Part shown: one piece after another, positions 1-13,430 of the stretch
How positions within the stretch are numbered: the first letter of the stretch is position 1
How the letters are laid out: each line of letters starts with the position of its first letter
DNA from: Antedon mediterranea
Lineage: Eukaryota > Animalia > Echinodermata
NCBI RefSeq assembly: GCF_964355755.1
Contig: NC_092675.1
Location: 17,084,912-17,148,911, forward strand
Length of the DNA: 64,000 bases
Reading direction: 5' to 3'
Notes under the pieces: model-generated
Told to the model about the DNA's origin: nothing
The model's input: the letters and a program-made list of their open reading frames with translations, nothing else
Databases searched by the model: none
Made by a program: the position numbers and the translations under genes

Positions 1-240
1 CCCCTTATGCGATGATTTCTCTTTTTTATTTGAGACGTTTGGTTTTACAGAGTTTGTAAGCATACTACTGCAGGTGTGATGACTTTTTAAGACTAACACC
101 TTTTCCTATACCAAATAGATAGGATGTAGTATCACATCCCTGGATTCCATGTATAAAAAGCAAATTAATTTTTCACACCAATGAAAGACTATACAAGCAT
201 TCACAGTGCTCCCCCATCGAGAACATACGGTATTAAATCA
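1..240 (-). mobile_element. Degraded Academ-type DNA transposon fragment (PIN/XPG-like region)
   Basis: Minus strand reads YVLDGGAL and LLFIHGIQGCDTTSYLFGIGKGVSLKK, matching the Academ HAxxGCDTTSxFxGxGK motif. Frames are broken. Confidence 0.7.
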
Positions 241-657
241 ATGAATGAAGCAACCGTGACAGAATATTAATTAAAGAAGAAAGAACTTATTATTATTACA
301 CTATGGGTCAAAATCAGCCATATTCATCAATAGAGAAGCAGTGCACATCTCTCTCACATTACTATTTCATCATTGATGGCTATGAGAGACAGTCATACAC
401 ATGCATCATTTGTTGAAAAAGAACCTTGTACTTTTCCTGCAGCCCTGTTTACTCCATACACATACTGCTAGACTACTCAGAAATCTTCATCTCACTGCCC
501 ACTGTATGTTATCAATGGGGAGCACTGCTACATCAAACCACTTGGCCCAAAACAGCAACATTTTAAGACATTTATTATGTACCGTGCATGTTTGTTACGT
601 TTTGTGAAGGCAAAGTAAACTCTTGTGTTTAATGGCTATAATTATGGGCCGTAAGTA

Positions 658-1135
658 AATTTGGTTTAGGAAAAGGTGTTAGTCTTAAAAATCATCACAT
701 CACAGAGTAGTATGTCAAATTCTGTAAACCAAACAGTTTCCAAAAAAAAAAGAGAGAAAACATTGCATCAGAGGAATTTGGCATTGGTAGCTATATATGG
801 ACGGAAGTCAATGGAGACTTTAGACAGCCTACTTTTCTGTGACAAAGTTGCAAAAAGCAAAATGTCAGTTTAAAAATAATCTATTCCCTCAAAATGCTGC
901 AAAATTTCATTACGTGAGTCTTTCTACCAGGTATAGCAGTGGATAGGAAATACTCTTCAACCCACAGACTGGGGATGGAAAGTTACAGATGGCATGATGT
1001 GTTTATTGATGACAAATTTACTACCAGCACCAGAGAAACTATTACAGTTGATTAGATGTACCTGCAAATAAGGTTGTAGTAAAATGAATTGCAATTGCAG
1101 AAAATTCATAATTCTATTACAAATTGAGATGTGTT
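658..1135 (+). mobile_element. Degraded Academ-type transposase C-terminus (WGW and Cys-rich CXC region)
   Basis: Reads AAKFH..VFYQV*QWIGNTLQPTDWGWKVTDGMMCLLMTNLLPAPEKLLQLIRCTCK*GCSKMNCNCRK with stops and frameshifts. 658-775 is an inverted diverged copy of 1-115. Confidence 0.72.
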
Positions 1136-1276
1136 ATAATACAATATTGTGTATAATAATATGCATGTGTGGCGGGACGTATCTTCGAGGAAATAAATTC
1201 ATTCCTTAGGAAGGACTAACACTATTGTTTTGTGGTTAAGTTTTGATTTAGGTATGTGCTTATTTACTTATTTACG

Positions 1277-2940
1277 CTTTTGATGCACGTTATTGCGACG
1301 TCAATCCCCATTGACATCTATCGCATCCTTTTCGACACGTTTTTGATCCACCGTATTGCGACGTAACGTGTCATTCATATTGGTATCTATCGTATCTTTT
1401 CCAACACGCCTTTGATGCAAGGTATTGTGAACGTCTCATTCTCATTGGTATCTATCTCATCTTTTCTGACACGCCTTTGGTGCACGGTATTGCGACGTAA
1501 CGTGTCATTCTCATTGGTATCTATCGTATCTTTTCCAACACGCCTTTGATGCAAGGTATTGCGACGTACGTCTCATTCTCATTGGTATCTATCTCATCTT
1601 TTCTGACACGCCTTTAATGCACGGTATTGCGACGTAACGTCTCATTCTCATTGGTATCTATCTCATCTTTTCCAACACGCCTTTAATGCACGGTATTGCG
1701 ACGTAACGTCTCATTCTCATTGGTATCTATCTCATCTTTTCCAACACGCCTTTGATGCAAGGTATTGCGACGTACGTCTCATTCTCATTGGTATCTATCT
1801 CATCTTTTCCAACACGCCTTTAATGCACGGTATTGCGACGTAACGTCTCATTCTCATTGGTATCTATCTCATCCTTTCCAACACGCCTTTGGTGCACGGT
1901 ATTGCGACGTAACGTGTCATTCTCATTGGTATCTATCTCATCTTTTCTGACACGCCTTTGATGCACGGTATTGCGACGTAACGTCTCATTCTCATTGGTA
2001 TCTATCTCATCTTTTCTGACACGCCTTTGATGCACGGTATTGCGACGTAACGTGTCATTCTCATTGGTGGTATCTATCGCATCTTTTCTGACACGCCTTT
2101 GATGCACGGTATTGCGACGTAACGTCTCATTCTCATTGGTATCTATCTCATCTTTTCTGACACGCCTTTGATGCACGGTATTGCGACGTAACGTCTCATT
2201 CTCATTGGTATCTATCGCATCTTTTCCAACACGCCTTTGATGCACCGTATTGTGACGTAATCTATCTCATCTTTTCTGACACGCCTTTGATGCACGGTAT
2301 TGCGACGTAACGTCTCATTCTCATTGGTATCTATCTCATCTTTTCTGACACGCCTTTGATGCACCGTATTGCGACGTAATCTATCTCATCTTTTCTGACA
2401 CGCCTTTGATGCACGGTATTGCGACGTAACGTCTTATTCTCATTGGTATCTATCTCATCTTTTCTGACACGCCGTTGATGTACGGTATGCGTACGGTATC
2501 GTCTCATTGTCATTGGTATCTATCTCATCTTTTCTGACACGCCTTTGGTGCACGGTATTGCAACGTAACGTCTCATTGTCATTGGTATCACCTGCATCCC
2601 AGTCTCTGACACAATTTTGATGCACGGTATTGCAACGTAACGTCTCATTGTCATTGGTATCTATCGCATCTTTTCTGACACGCCTTTGATGCACGGTATT
2701 GCAACGTACGTCTCATTCTCATTGGTGTCTATCTCATCTTTTCCGACACGCCGTTGATGCACGGTATGCGTACGGTATCGTCTCATTGTCATTGGTATCT
2801 ATCGCATCTTTTCTGACACGCCTTTGGTGCACGGTATTGCAACGTAACGTCTCATTGTCATTGGTATCACCTGCATCCCAGTCTCTGACACAATTTTGAT
2901 GCACGGTATTATGACGTAACGTCTCGTCATTGGTATATAT
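1277..2940. repeat. Tandem array, 69-bp unit, ~24 copies, CpG-rich
   Basis: Unit TTTGATGCACGGTATTGCGACGTAACGTCTCATTCTCATTGGTATCTATCTCATCTTTTCTGACACGCC. Has deletion variants and a ~279-bp higher-order duplication (2471 vs 2750). Confidence 0.95.
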
Positions 2941-3846
2941 CACATTTCCTCACGCCCAGTTTCAGCAACTTCATTTCATCATAATCGGTGAGTTGCGTAA
3001 ACGAAATTATATCAATAATATTATTGTTTAACTTCGATATCTCTTTATAAACGTGTTACAACATTTAAAAATCAGTAAAATATTGTAAAATATGTCAAAG
3101 AATTTTAACGTAGCAACTACTAGTAGGGCCTAAACGTATTGATAAATAGTTTCAGGCCGGTAATAATAATGTGATGCGTGAAATATTTTTGCTTATTGAA
3201 TTATTTTCTTTTATACTGTTGGTATTTTTATGGTAACCGAGTGATTGTTTTTCGTACAGTTTGTTTTGAAGGTCTGTTGAATTATATAATAATATACTAA
3301 GTTGATTTTCTTGCAGATTGTTGCTGTCCCTCAGAAATTCACTATTGAAGTAGCAAAGTCAATATCCTCAACAACACAGTTGCGCTGTTTATTTTGCCGT
3401 ATCATTACACAACTGACCAATCATATGAAAGCTTCTTGCTGACTAGCAACAGAGCGAACGAGAGTAACCCACCCCCTGATTGGCAGAACTACACGGGTGG
3501 TTTTTAAACGAACAGCCGATTCGTCAACACTCATTAAAAATACGATCTTCAAGTTGTCACCGCGAGGTGACAGACCCGCTGAATCAAATATTGCTATTTA
3601 ATTTTAAAAGTATCTTGCTTAAACTCTCATCCTCTTTCTAAGACTAGACAGTCTTTATATCTAAGTCTAGGCCTATACTAACTAGATCACTTTAGTTGTT
3701 TCTAGATCAATACACTTCACCGGCCTGAACCTGGGTAAAACATAGGCCTACGAGGAACTTAACACAATTGTTTTAGACACTGTTATCATTCTTCAGTTCT
3801 TCTTCAATAATTGTTTTTATAACACAGTTTGATTTGTCATATAAAA

Positions 3847-4186
3847 ATGAAGACAAAAGCATCACTGGATGTTTCTTCCTCCAGGCTACAACCACGTAAA
3901 CATTTAAGAACTCCAAAATGTGCCCGATGCCGAAACCATGGTGTTGTATCTTGCCTAAAAGGACATAAACGTTTTTGTCGATGGCGGGATTGTCAATGTG
4001 CAAATTGCCTATTGGTGGTAGAACGCCAGAGGGTAATGGCAGCCCAGGTTGCCCTACGAAGGCAACAGGCTACTTCACCAGAAAAGGACTGCAAACTTGG
4101 TAAAACTGAAAAAGCATGTGCGGCCATGAGACGACCTCACAAGAATTCGACAAGAAACACAGTTTTGACTAAAGATGTTTTACAAG
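3847..4186 (+). CDS. DMRT2: Dmrt2/Dmrt11E-type doublesex/mab-3 transcription factor, coding exon 1 (DM domain); gene = join(3847..4186,8139..8809), 336 aa
   Basis: [56 protein letters not shown] is the Dmrt2-subfamily DM domain. Start AAAATGA at 3847, phase-1 donor CAAG|GTAAGC. Confidence 0.95.
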
Positions 4187-4664
4187 GTAAGCTAAAACAC
4201 TTTTTTTAGAAGAATTGCGAAGTTGTGTTTTGGTTATGCTTACTTTCTTCAGCCTAACTATATAGCATATGCGCACTCTACCAGACAGTTAGATTCAAAG
4301 TTATACTGAAAGATTTTGTATGCGTTAAATGTATTCCTGTATATTACGTATAGAAATTACCTTTCCATTTGGACATCTAGCCGTTGGTTACACACGTCCC
4401 ATGAAAACAATACATTGTCGGCAAAAAATTTCCAAGAAATGTACTGCTGAGTTTAAAATATAACCGTTCGGGTATTATTAAAATGAATTAATTATCAAAG
4501 TTGAGTCATGGTACAAAACCAGAACAATATTGAATCTTGTTTCTAACCAAGAGGCAATCGAGCGGTTTCCATGAAACCTTAATATAGATTGTCATTAGGG
4601 AAAAGAACAAGATAAGACTATGGTATTGAAACATAAGAAACAACATGCTAATCGTGGTCGACTA

Positions 4665-4791
4665 ACGCTACACTATTAAACTTTTTGTGACCAAAAATTG
4701 CCCATATATGGAAATGATAGTATATCACTACCATATTTGGCCACATCACATCACACCTTTTTGTCAAAGTTTGATAGTGTAGACAGTGCTT
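4665..4791. mobile_element. Degenerate short Harbinger-type MITE (family of 30920-31054)
   Basis: Shares CTACACTAT..., ATATCACTACCATATTTGG and the end TTTGATAGTGTAGACAG with the copies at 28550 and 30920. Confidence 0.7.
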
Positions 4792-5679
4792 AACTTAATA
4801 AGTGTATCAATGTATGCATTTTGAAAAACACGTGCATTGATGAAAATTTATTACAATCTGGCCATCAAATTCATACAGTAAGTGAAATGCACTGAAAGAT
4901 ATCTTCAATTTGCATACAAATTTGGGACATCTAGCCGTTGGTACGAATACGATACTAGTTTCCAAATTTCTATACTACATACACATTTAAAAGTGGCACA
5001 TTTAAACACAAAGTAACCATACTAGCTAATGTTTTCCTCTATTCACGGTATGTTGTGGTACCAGTAAAGACATTTATTGTTCCCTGGTATTACCTATTGA
5101 TATCGCTTTTATTAAAAAAACACTTTAGCAGTACAATATGTTGTGAAGCTGGATTTTTCATTATTTTTTCTGCCTAAGTTGGTGATTAGTTTGAATGGTA
5201 TAGAAGGATTCCTTCAAATAATTAAGTACATATTTATTTAATATTTATATTACATATTGAACAGTTTTGATACACATACATTTCTTAATATCGGAAAGTT
5301 TTCTTAATGGGAATTTTTCGGACCATGCCTTTTTATATCAGATGATATTTTGTTTAAAATTATTGGTTCATTTTGAGACCTATTTAGTCAAATTAATAAT
5401 GATGATTATGATATAATGACAATAAAAAGAATATAAAAAAAATAAGGACATATTTTTAATAGTTATAGGAATATCGTAATACAATCAGAATAATGAAATT
5501 GATAAACGACATAATTATAATGACAATAGGTTAATAATAATGGCAATGACGAGTGATCACCCGATAACTTTCGAATAAAAACACCTCCGGAGAAGATTGT
5601 ATACATTTCAACGAATAGATAAACATTATGTTTTCTTGACTATCTAGGGAGGTATAGCACAAATTCAAAGTTTATTGTT

Positions 5680-6120
5680 TTAGCTTTGTGAGAAACTGTT
5701 AAAGAACGCAATGAGCGAAAAGCGTTTACATTTATTGGTGCAAGTGAGAGAGCCGTTGACGTGGGAAAGCGAATGGCGAAATACGTATTGTAACCAAACC
5801 GATCTGCCTTGGTCTCTTGGTGTTTTTTCTACATAAAACCATTGCTGCTAATTGCTTCTGTCGTTGATATTTCCCACGAGGTGACACACGCTACATTTGG
5901 TAATACTACCACCCATATTGTCAAATAAAAACAAAATTTGGCACAAAAGTGAACCCGGGGCACGCGTGTGTGTTATGATTGGTCGTTAATCGCTGGTAAT
6001 GATTTTCTTTGTGTTCAACAAGATTACATTTAACATTTTGAACGACTACTCGATAGTCTCTTGTGACATGCAGTTTAATTTCACGTCATTAGCAGTCACG
6101 TGACACATGACACGGGAGCC
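5680..6120. promoter_or_regulatory. Candidate intronic enhancer of Dmrt2 with three Su(H)/CSL sites and HES/E-box sites
   Basis: TGTGAGAA 5687-5694, CGTGGGAA 5760-5767, TTCCCACG 5871-5878, CACGAG 5875, GGCACGCG ~5959, CACGTG ~6098. CpG-retaining patch. Confidence 0.4.
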
Positions 6121-7170
6121 TAACTTCTTAAGCAACCCGTTTTTACAACTATTTTGGTCCCCTTTGCTTTCGACTTTGTAGAATAGTCAACAGACGCCTA
6201 TGTTACTGAAGCTCCTGCGTTCTGCATGTTCCAGTTTGGGAACTTCATGTGCAAGATAACGCGATGAATTGCTGCTTCTTCTGCGTCATTTTTGTTCTTA
6301 ATTTAAGAAACATTACTTATAGACGTACGTGACTATTCGTGAATTGCCTTACATAAAAAAAAAGAAATTGAAAAAGTTGTTATTCTAAATCTATAGAATA
6401 AAGATAAATGCAGTCTTTAATAAAATTATATTATTTAAAATCCATCAAATGACGTCATGATCAATAAGACTAATACAATATTTGTATCATATAGATATTA
6501 TTACTCTTACTTCATCATATAATTTGATTGGGCGTGTGAAAATATAATTTTCATCAAAGGCAGGATAGATGATTATCCTATAAATTCTGGGATGAAATCT
6601 TTTCTAATTTCCTTACTTAATGTAAAACAAATATTCATCGATTCTTCTAGTAATTGAACTTAAGTTAATTCAATAATTACGGTTAAGTTGAATTCTAAAC
6701 GGCTAGCCACTCCTATGACACTATAAAAGCATATTAGTTATGCAATTAGTCGATGCAAAGTCAGCTATTTATAAGCCGATTGTTTTCTTTGTACACTAAT
6801 TATATCAAAATATGTACTAGTTATATCTTATACATAATTGCAATTGATTATTCGAAATTGAAATTAATAATTGAAGGCGTTCATTTTACCTAATCCTACT
6901 GATATTTCATCTCACCTGTCCGGTCGCCTTTGATCGACACAAGGTACATCAATGTACAATCACCTTTACCCATATTGCATTACCCATTTTAAATTAATTA
7001 CCAACAATTATTCGGATATCAAGCTGTTATGTTACAGAACAAACTGCGGCCACAAGTCACGAGACCTTAATTGTCACCCACACTCCCAAACAACATATCG
7101 TATGTTCAATGTGTGTGTCAACGAGCGCACATAAACGTGTTAGGCTACCAAACGTGTAACATCTTAGGGG

Positions 7171-7623
7171 AAATGGCGGAGATCCGTTTTTAATAGGGTG
7201 GGGGGGGGGGGGGGGGGCGTATACAAATGAAATACATTAGGCTGGGGGGAAAGGCCCTTGTAAGCCCGGCGTTATAGATGGTCGTTTCAATCGATTTCTG
7301 AGCACATAAAAATTCCGCCCATAAGAATACAATTATTTTGGTTTACGCACTTTTTAGGCACTGGTCATGATTCGCCACTGGTTATATTCACGTAAAATCT
7401 ATTCTTCTTAGATACTATAAATTATTTTCTGAAAAAAAGACATACGATACGTCATGCGTGTAATAGAAGGCTTACTTTCCATTTCATTTCAACAATTAAT
7501 GATTTGGCTGGTGAAAAGTGAGGGGACAAACCACCACTAAATAATATGTGGAGTGGGGGAGGGGGAATGTCCCATCGTCCCTCAACAATCCCCCCCCCCC
7601 CCCGCTCGGGATCTGCGCCGGTG
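7171..7623. mobile_element. hAT-type MITE in Dmrt2 intron
   Basis: 8-bp TSD CTTAGGGG (7163-7170 and 7624-7631). Imperfect 15-bp TIR AAATGGCGGAGATCC / GGATCTGCGCCGGTG. Subterminal poly-G and poly-C. Confidence 0.8.
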
Positions 7624-8138
7624 CTTAGGGGGATAATTACTAATCTTGTTAACCTATGACACAAAATCAAATTTAGATTTTAATATAATTTTAAATTTAG
7701 CGAATTGCGTAAGCAGGATGAATGCTGAAAATAACATTAAATATTTTGATAAACAATTATTATACGCAGTTATATTAAATATGATAGAGGTTATATTTTC
7801 TACATTATCTCCATAACACGTATTGAGTACAGTATTTTTATATTAAGTATAACACTGATAGGAATGATATAATTGAATAAGGAAGGAAATGAATGACTGA
7901 ATAAACCGAGTAAACGACAAACTAAAAATAGAAAAACGAATTTAGGCCCATGGTTAAAAAGTGAGAATAGATGGCATGGAACGGACTGCTAAATATTATT
8001 GCATGTATATCAAAATTCATTTAATTTAGCAGAACATTCGTTTTGGCCTACTTGTGTTTCTTTCTCAAGAATGCTGAACTTAACTTTTCGATTCATTCAT
8101 TATCAAAAAATCATTTAATGCTTTATTTTATTTCAAAG

Positions 8139-8809
8139 GTTGCCGAACTGCCAAACAGCTTCGGGCTGCTTCCAATGCAATGCAAGCCAATCGTCCGATG
8201 ATTTTTCTTCCTCCAGATGTTAGAGAAAGGATGAGAAAGCGTCGAGCATTTGCAGATAAAGAACTGGAGTCAACAATGCTAGAACGTGAATGTCAGTGGA
8301 GCTTTTATTACACTGCAGCACAGACCCGTTGGACACACCCTACTATCCATAAGGTACCATCAACGGAAAGATTATCTTCAGAAAGAATTACTGTTGCTCC
8401 TCCGAAATCTTCACTTTCTGCAAGAACTGTTCAAAGACTTTTCCCAATGTTAATACCATCCGCAGTCAGGGTAGGCCTAGGTGACTTCCATCAACCAGAC
8501 GCTACAGCACGAAAGAACGGTTTTGTATCCTATCCACCACTAACTCTTCCAAACGAAATCTCACTGACGCCATTTTGTACAAATTCGGCTTTCAAGAAAC
8601 TTAATAAAAAGGAAACACCAATTACTGATTACAAGCTGGATGTTCGTTCACATCAACATGTTTCAACATTATGTGAAGAAAAATCATTGGATAGCAACGA
8701 CAAACAAACATTTGAGTCAAAAAACAAGAAAGCAGAGATAAGTGGTAACAACCAAAAACCGACACCTTTACTGTCGTTTTCTGTCGAAAGGATAATTGGA
8801 TGTAGATGA
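8139..8809 (+). CDS. DMRT2: Dmrt2-type transcription factor, coding exon 2 (to stop)
   Basis: Acceptor TTTCAAAG|GT is in frame with exon 1 (G|GT = Gly). Contains the Dmrt2 block PPDVRERMRKRRAFADKELESTMLERE and C-terminal FSVERII. TGA at 8807-8809, AATAAA at 9541. Confidence 0.93.
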
Positions 8810-11800
8810 AGTATAAAAACAGTAACATTTTACATTTGGCGTATACCTCACAACAAAAAATATGGAAAGTGGTTTTATCAATTAATTCACTACCAGGGTT
8901 AGTACAATCTGCATTTCCCTAAAACATATTATATTTCTTAGAATATTTATAAAATTAATCGTAACTGTAAATGATAGTTAGGTAAACACTCAACATAATA
9001 GAAGCCATCTTTTAACTATATATTCAACGATAGAGCTTGTTGTAGTTTTATATACACTTCAACATTATCTAATTCAATTCAAATTCAAATATTCTTTATT
9101 CATCCTCAATCAAGAAAATATACAACAACAATAAATGAGAACATAACATCTACTTTCCGAATCTTTAAAATAGGTCGCCAAATTGAAGATTTTAAAAATA
9201 TAACAGGAATATAATTACCTAACAAAATAGATTAGACTTTATAAACTATCTGAAAATGTTGCTTACTTTTAAGGATATGATTAGTGTGTCACTGTGTAGA
9301 ATACATTTAATTACCTCTTCACTGTAAGGATTTCTATAGGTTTACTGTTTGTATATACAAAACTATTATGTTGCTGATAGAAATGTATAAATATTGCATG
9401 TAATATACGGTTTAATGATGATTTGGTGATGATATTGTTGTTAGATGTAAACTTCCGTGTCTGTTCTAAATATCGTTTTACGTCAGCATAGAACTGTTTT
9501 TGTTAATCTATTGTTAAAAGAATTATATGGATAACTATTGAATAAATATTAACTGCAAATGTAACGTGCGTTGCTTTATTTCTTTGGTTGTTGTTATGTT
9601 CAACTTTCGTTATGTTGCAATAATGGTCACCACTCACCTATTTCCGCCATACATACATACAAATTAAACAATGATAATTAATTGATGATTAGGTACATTT
9701 CATTTTTTCTATAAGATAGTAGCAATTTGTAATAATTAAAAAAATTATTTAATATCTGTTCTTAGGAAATCTTGAAATTATGTAAAAATAATGTTTAAGT
9801 TGAAAAATAGAGTGATGAGAAAATAATGAACCAATCAAACTGTAAGGATTCATGAAGATAATCCATCGCACACCCGGCCCATCAAACTCGTTGATCACTC
9901 CCCTCATGCTCAGTCTATGACGTCACCAAAACGTGCTTACCATCGGGTCATAGCGATCACTACAATGACAATTATTAATAATTTTCAGACTTGCATTCCT
10001 AATGACTATACATGTGTTAAAAACCATCACTTAAATAAAGCGATAAGCAGGAGGTTACCTAGACCCAGTTGGTCGTCCATAACGGTCGGTCGTTCGCCTA
10101 CACCCTACATACCACCAACAACAAGCCCAGGCCCAGGTGCTCTTTTATATTAAATCATTTGAATACTGTAGGCTGCCGCGCAAGACAAGTTAAAATTACT
10201 ATTGAGATAAATTTAAACCTTTTGAAAGTGTTTGTAACGGTAGCATTAATTATCATATTAATCCAAAGGCAGATATTACGAAAAATGACAATTGGTTATA
10301 TCAGTGTGATTGGATACAGAATAAGCAAAACGAAAAGCAGTAGGCCTAGGACACCACAAAAAGGAATAGGCCTACCAAACTATTCCTGATAATCAGGGCC
10401 AATACAGTAGGCTAATTTTGAAGAATATAAAATTACGTACAGCGAACAGGAATCGAATGTTTCCTATTTGCTGTTAGTATGGCCCTATAGGATATTTATA
10501 TTTCTTCTAAACTTTTAAAAAGGGTACACAAAATAGTTCGTACTAAATAAGAAGCATTTTAGAATCGATAACAACGAGTTTAGGAGGTATAAAATTAGAC
10601 GTGTCTCCATGGGCTAACGCTTGAAATATAAAACTCGGTACATTCATTATGTCCCAAAAAGATAAGTAATGCGATCATTTACAATCAATACTTGCCGAGT
10701 ATCATGATATAGATGTATAAATCTAAATACTTGATTGCGAGCTGAACAGGTGAAGGTGGTGAAAATAAATCTACGTGTTTCCGCGTCGTTTACATTACGT
10801 TACGGTTTCTCAATTGGAATTAAGCTAAGATGACTATGTGTATATCATTCGATACCTTATGATTAACGATTGTTAACCTAATACGCTGATGGGTTTTAAA
10901 GTATTTTAGCTTCCATAATAATGTACACAATTTGTTTATAACAAACGGTTAAAACAAAACAATCATTCTGATTTATGCGTCATACAAGAGCACCGGTTTA
11001 ATCTACATAATAAATTAATCATGATTATTAATAATATATGTAGGCCTAATAAACAAACGGCTTGATAATACAAAATATGATTTGATGATTTCGGGGCAAC
11101 CTAATCATGGGACTAGACCCTATACAATTTATAAGCACATCATAGTTATAATACAGAGTTCACCTTAGATTAGAATATAGGCCTATACGAAACAAAATAA
11201 AACGCAATCAATCATTTTATAGTAATGTTTCGATTTTCATGGTTTTATTTTTGATTTGCGTTGAAGTATTATTGTTTTTTTAATAACGTTTTCATTTTCA
11301 TATGTAGGTGGAAAATATTTCATTAATTAATTAATGTAAGAATATTAAATAAAAACATTGATAAGCCTATGATGTGGATTATTTTTTTTAATCAACTTGT
11401 TTAACATTAATGAAAATAAATATTATTTGTAGATCAACACCCTTTTAAAATAATATGTCAATGTTCTCAAAAATAGTACGAATAACCTCTACATTGACCC
11501 GTCTTAGGTCTCTACAGTCGGTAGAAACTCTACGCTAAGTAATTTGTAACTGAAGAAGAGCAGTATTCTGGCCCAGTACAAACGGGTTTCGACTTGCGTA
11601 GCCCGGTGAGTGTGTATATCCTATACATATGTAACGCCATTCGCTCTCACCTACGTATAATTGATGTCGATTTAGTGTACGCGCGAGTGTTCTATTCTTT
11701 GGGAACTTCTTCGTATTGAGTTACAATATGGTTAAACGCGTCACAGCGGGATCAAATAAGACTTCCAACGCAACCCAAAGGTGCTAATGTACTTTGGTTA

Positions 11801-12834
11801 AATGTGTCGGTGCCAAATTTGTAATAAATACACAACTGCAGCAGCACATGTGCTTTGCTTAGAAATGATTTTGTTTAAAAACTTGATGACGGGATGAACG
11901 AGTGATGAAGAAATATAATTAGTGTTTTAAATATACTTAAAAAATGCAAAAGGAGGGAACACCCGACGCGCTCAAAACAAAAATGATTAGATACGCGAGA
12001 TATTCGATATCGGCGTTTGATATGCTATCCAATTTCTCGACAACTTTTGACTTCTGTTAAAACACCATGATGGTGATATCGATCGTTATAATAATGGCCA
12101 CCAATGATTGTAATCATCATCCTAAACAAAATAATTTACAAATAATTAAAATGATAGTAATCCTAATGCGTACACCGTGGCTGTAGGCCTAAACGTGTAG
12201 GTATTGTATACACGTTGTCTTTTTTCTTTCTTATATCTAAAAACAATTTCTATTCTATTTCGCAATTTAGGTCGCCTACATTGATAAATAATCTTTTACC
12301 TCAAAGTGTAATGGTATAAGCTAACCGTATATGCCAAGATCTTGTTATAGGCTCTTTCACGATTAGAAGCAAAAAGATGTTCTCTGTTCTGTCCTTCATC
12401 CAAAACTGATTAATACTTGGTTTTATTCGTTTGATTACCTTGGTTAATTTATTTTCAATATATATAATATAATAAAACACAATATTACGTTTGTATTAGG
12501 GAAGACTTAAATCAAACTATATAAATATGTCATTAAGTATCCACCATCAAGAACCTGCTTGTCGACCCAGATTTAGACTATCAACAGATCTCCTTTCCTA
12601 CCAATTAAATACGATACAATAAATCTTTCTAACACACACAAGCCGCTTGGACAATATCCAAACATTATTTGTAAATTTGAATCGTGTAGGCCTACACAGT
12701 GACAGTTTGATCGGATATGATCAATATTCAAATAGTGACTTAAACACTATTCAAAAAACACACAAACATACTATGGAATAGAATCACCACACCACCATTT
12801 TAGTCGGATTCTGATGTTTATACATTATTTTGCA

Positions 12835-13430
12835 TTCTATAACACCTACATAAATTCCTGTCATTTGATTGGACGATTGTGGGTCACATGGGGTGCACTA
12901 TTGCATACTTTTTTTTCGTGTACGGAAAAAAAATCTTATGGCGTTTGAAAAACATTATTTTAAAACTATTTTGTTCTTCCGCCGTGTGCGAAGATTCAGT
13001 GTGTATGACTGGTATCGCGACGGAAGTACATTTTTGTATGGAGATCTTTCAATAAACCATCCTTGGGCTGATCCCGTCCACACGACGCAAAGAACAGAGC
13101 AGTTGTTCTGCAATCGCTGTAAGATCAACTTTGCGGGCACCAAACAAGAGCATAGTCAAGGCGGGACAGGGATCAGTCTGACGGCATTATGGCATGCATT
13201 CTTAGTAATATTTACGTATTTATACAAATAAATTGATGTATTATAAAAAGCCAAATAAATATTACTGTTCAACGTGAATTAAATGTAGGCATAGCTGGCC
13301 TACCTTTTATTCAATCTGAATCTATTTAAATGTTATACATTCGGTGAATGATAAACGGTCATATTTCAATTCGGCTTCGCCTTTTGAAATAAACCTTTCA
13401 TCAGTCACCTCACGCCATTATGTACTAATA
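12835..13430. mobile_element. Unclassified non-autonomous DNA element (Crypton-like ends)
   Basis: Start CTATAACACCTA..TGATTGGACGATTGTGGGTCACATGG recurs at ~49795-49860. TCGGCTTCGCC hairpin near the end. Confidence 0.4.

Noticed and set aside
1765-2943. Repetitive ORFs in array 1, and likewise at 39632-40875
   Set aside because: Translations of tandem repeats, broken by indel variants.
3829-4209. ORF-track boundaries for Dmrt2 (3829-4209 and stand-alone 8180-8809)
   Set aside because: 3829 is a TTG start and the ORF runs into the intron; both ORFs are exons of one gene.
11545-11610. CTGAAGA hammerhead/Penelope-like core
   Set aside because: No properly placed GAAA or supporting stems.
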